Source of the DNA: Gammaproteobacteria bacterium
GTDB lineage: Bacteria; Pseudomonadota; Gammaproteobacteria; GCA-001735895
Direction of reading: 5' to 3'
DNA length: 51,649 nt
NCBI GenBank assembly: GCA_047622345.1
Contig: JBLHOA010000002.1
Location: forward strand, 1-51,649
The stretch's first letter is position 1; every line of letters begins with the position of its first letter. This document shows positions 51,637 through 51,649 of this stretch, in pieces. Below the pieces are notes generated by a model, which ran no database searches, was not told where the DNA came from, and saw only the letters and a list, made by a program, of their open reading frames with translations. The position numbers and the translations under genes were made by a program.

Positions 51637-51649
51637 TTTTACGGTTGGA

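Overview
Core chromosomal segment of a Gammaproteobacterium (roughly 50% GC by eye). I found no rRNA, tRNA, CRISPR array, transposase, integrase or phage gene. Left to right: tkt-gapA-pgk (pgk runs off the window edge); metK, an SAH riboswitch, ahcY and rsmE; a Pil-Chp chemosensory cluster (pilG-pilH-pilI-pilJ-chpA-chpC, with no pilK or chpB); the Pseudomonas-like block gshB-[apbE]-tonB-yqgE-yqgF-pyrR-pyrB-pyrC'; three retraction ATPases (pilT, pilU, second pilU); yggS-proC-yggT; a TerB-like gene divergent from oxyR; a tightly coupled operon of glutaredoxin, DUF1820-like protein, GT2 glycosyltransferase, nucleosidase-like protein, spore-photoproduct-lyase-like radical SAM enzyme and SDR; cysB; a Cys-less exported rhodanese coupled to a HAMP-PAS-GGDEF-EAL membrane sensor; msrA, xthA, yihY-like, DUF924-like, tmcA, DUF1244-like, a small exported protein, fadD and a fadE with a histone-H1-like tail. 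The best candidate for an uncharacterised system is the GT2/nucleosidase/SPL-like radical SAM/SDR cassette (33210-36585), whose enzyme set parallels adenosylate-then-depurinate pathways such as HpnH/HpnG/HpnI and MqnE/MqnB. Second is the pseudo-rhodanese/c-di-GMP pair (37713-40893). All family calls come from recognising motifs by eye; no database search was run.
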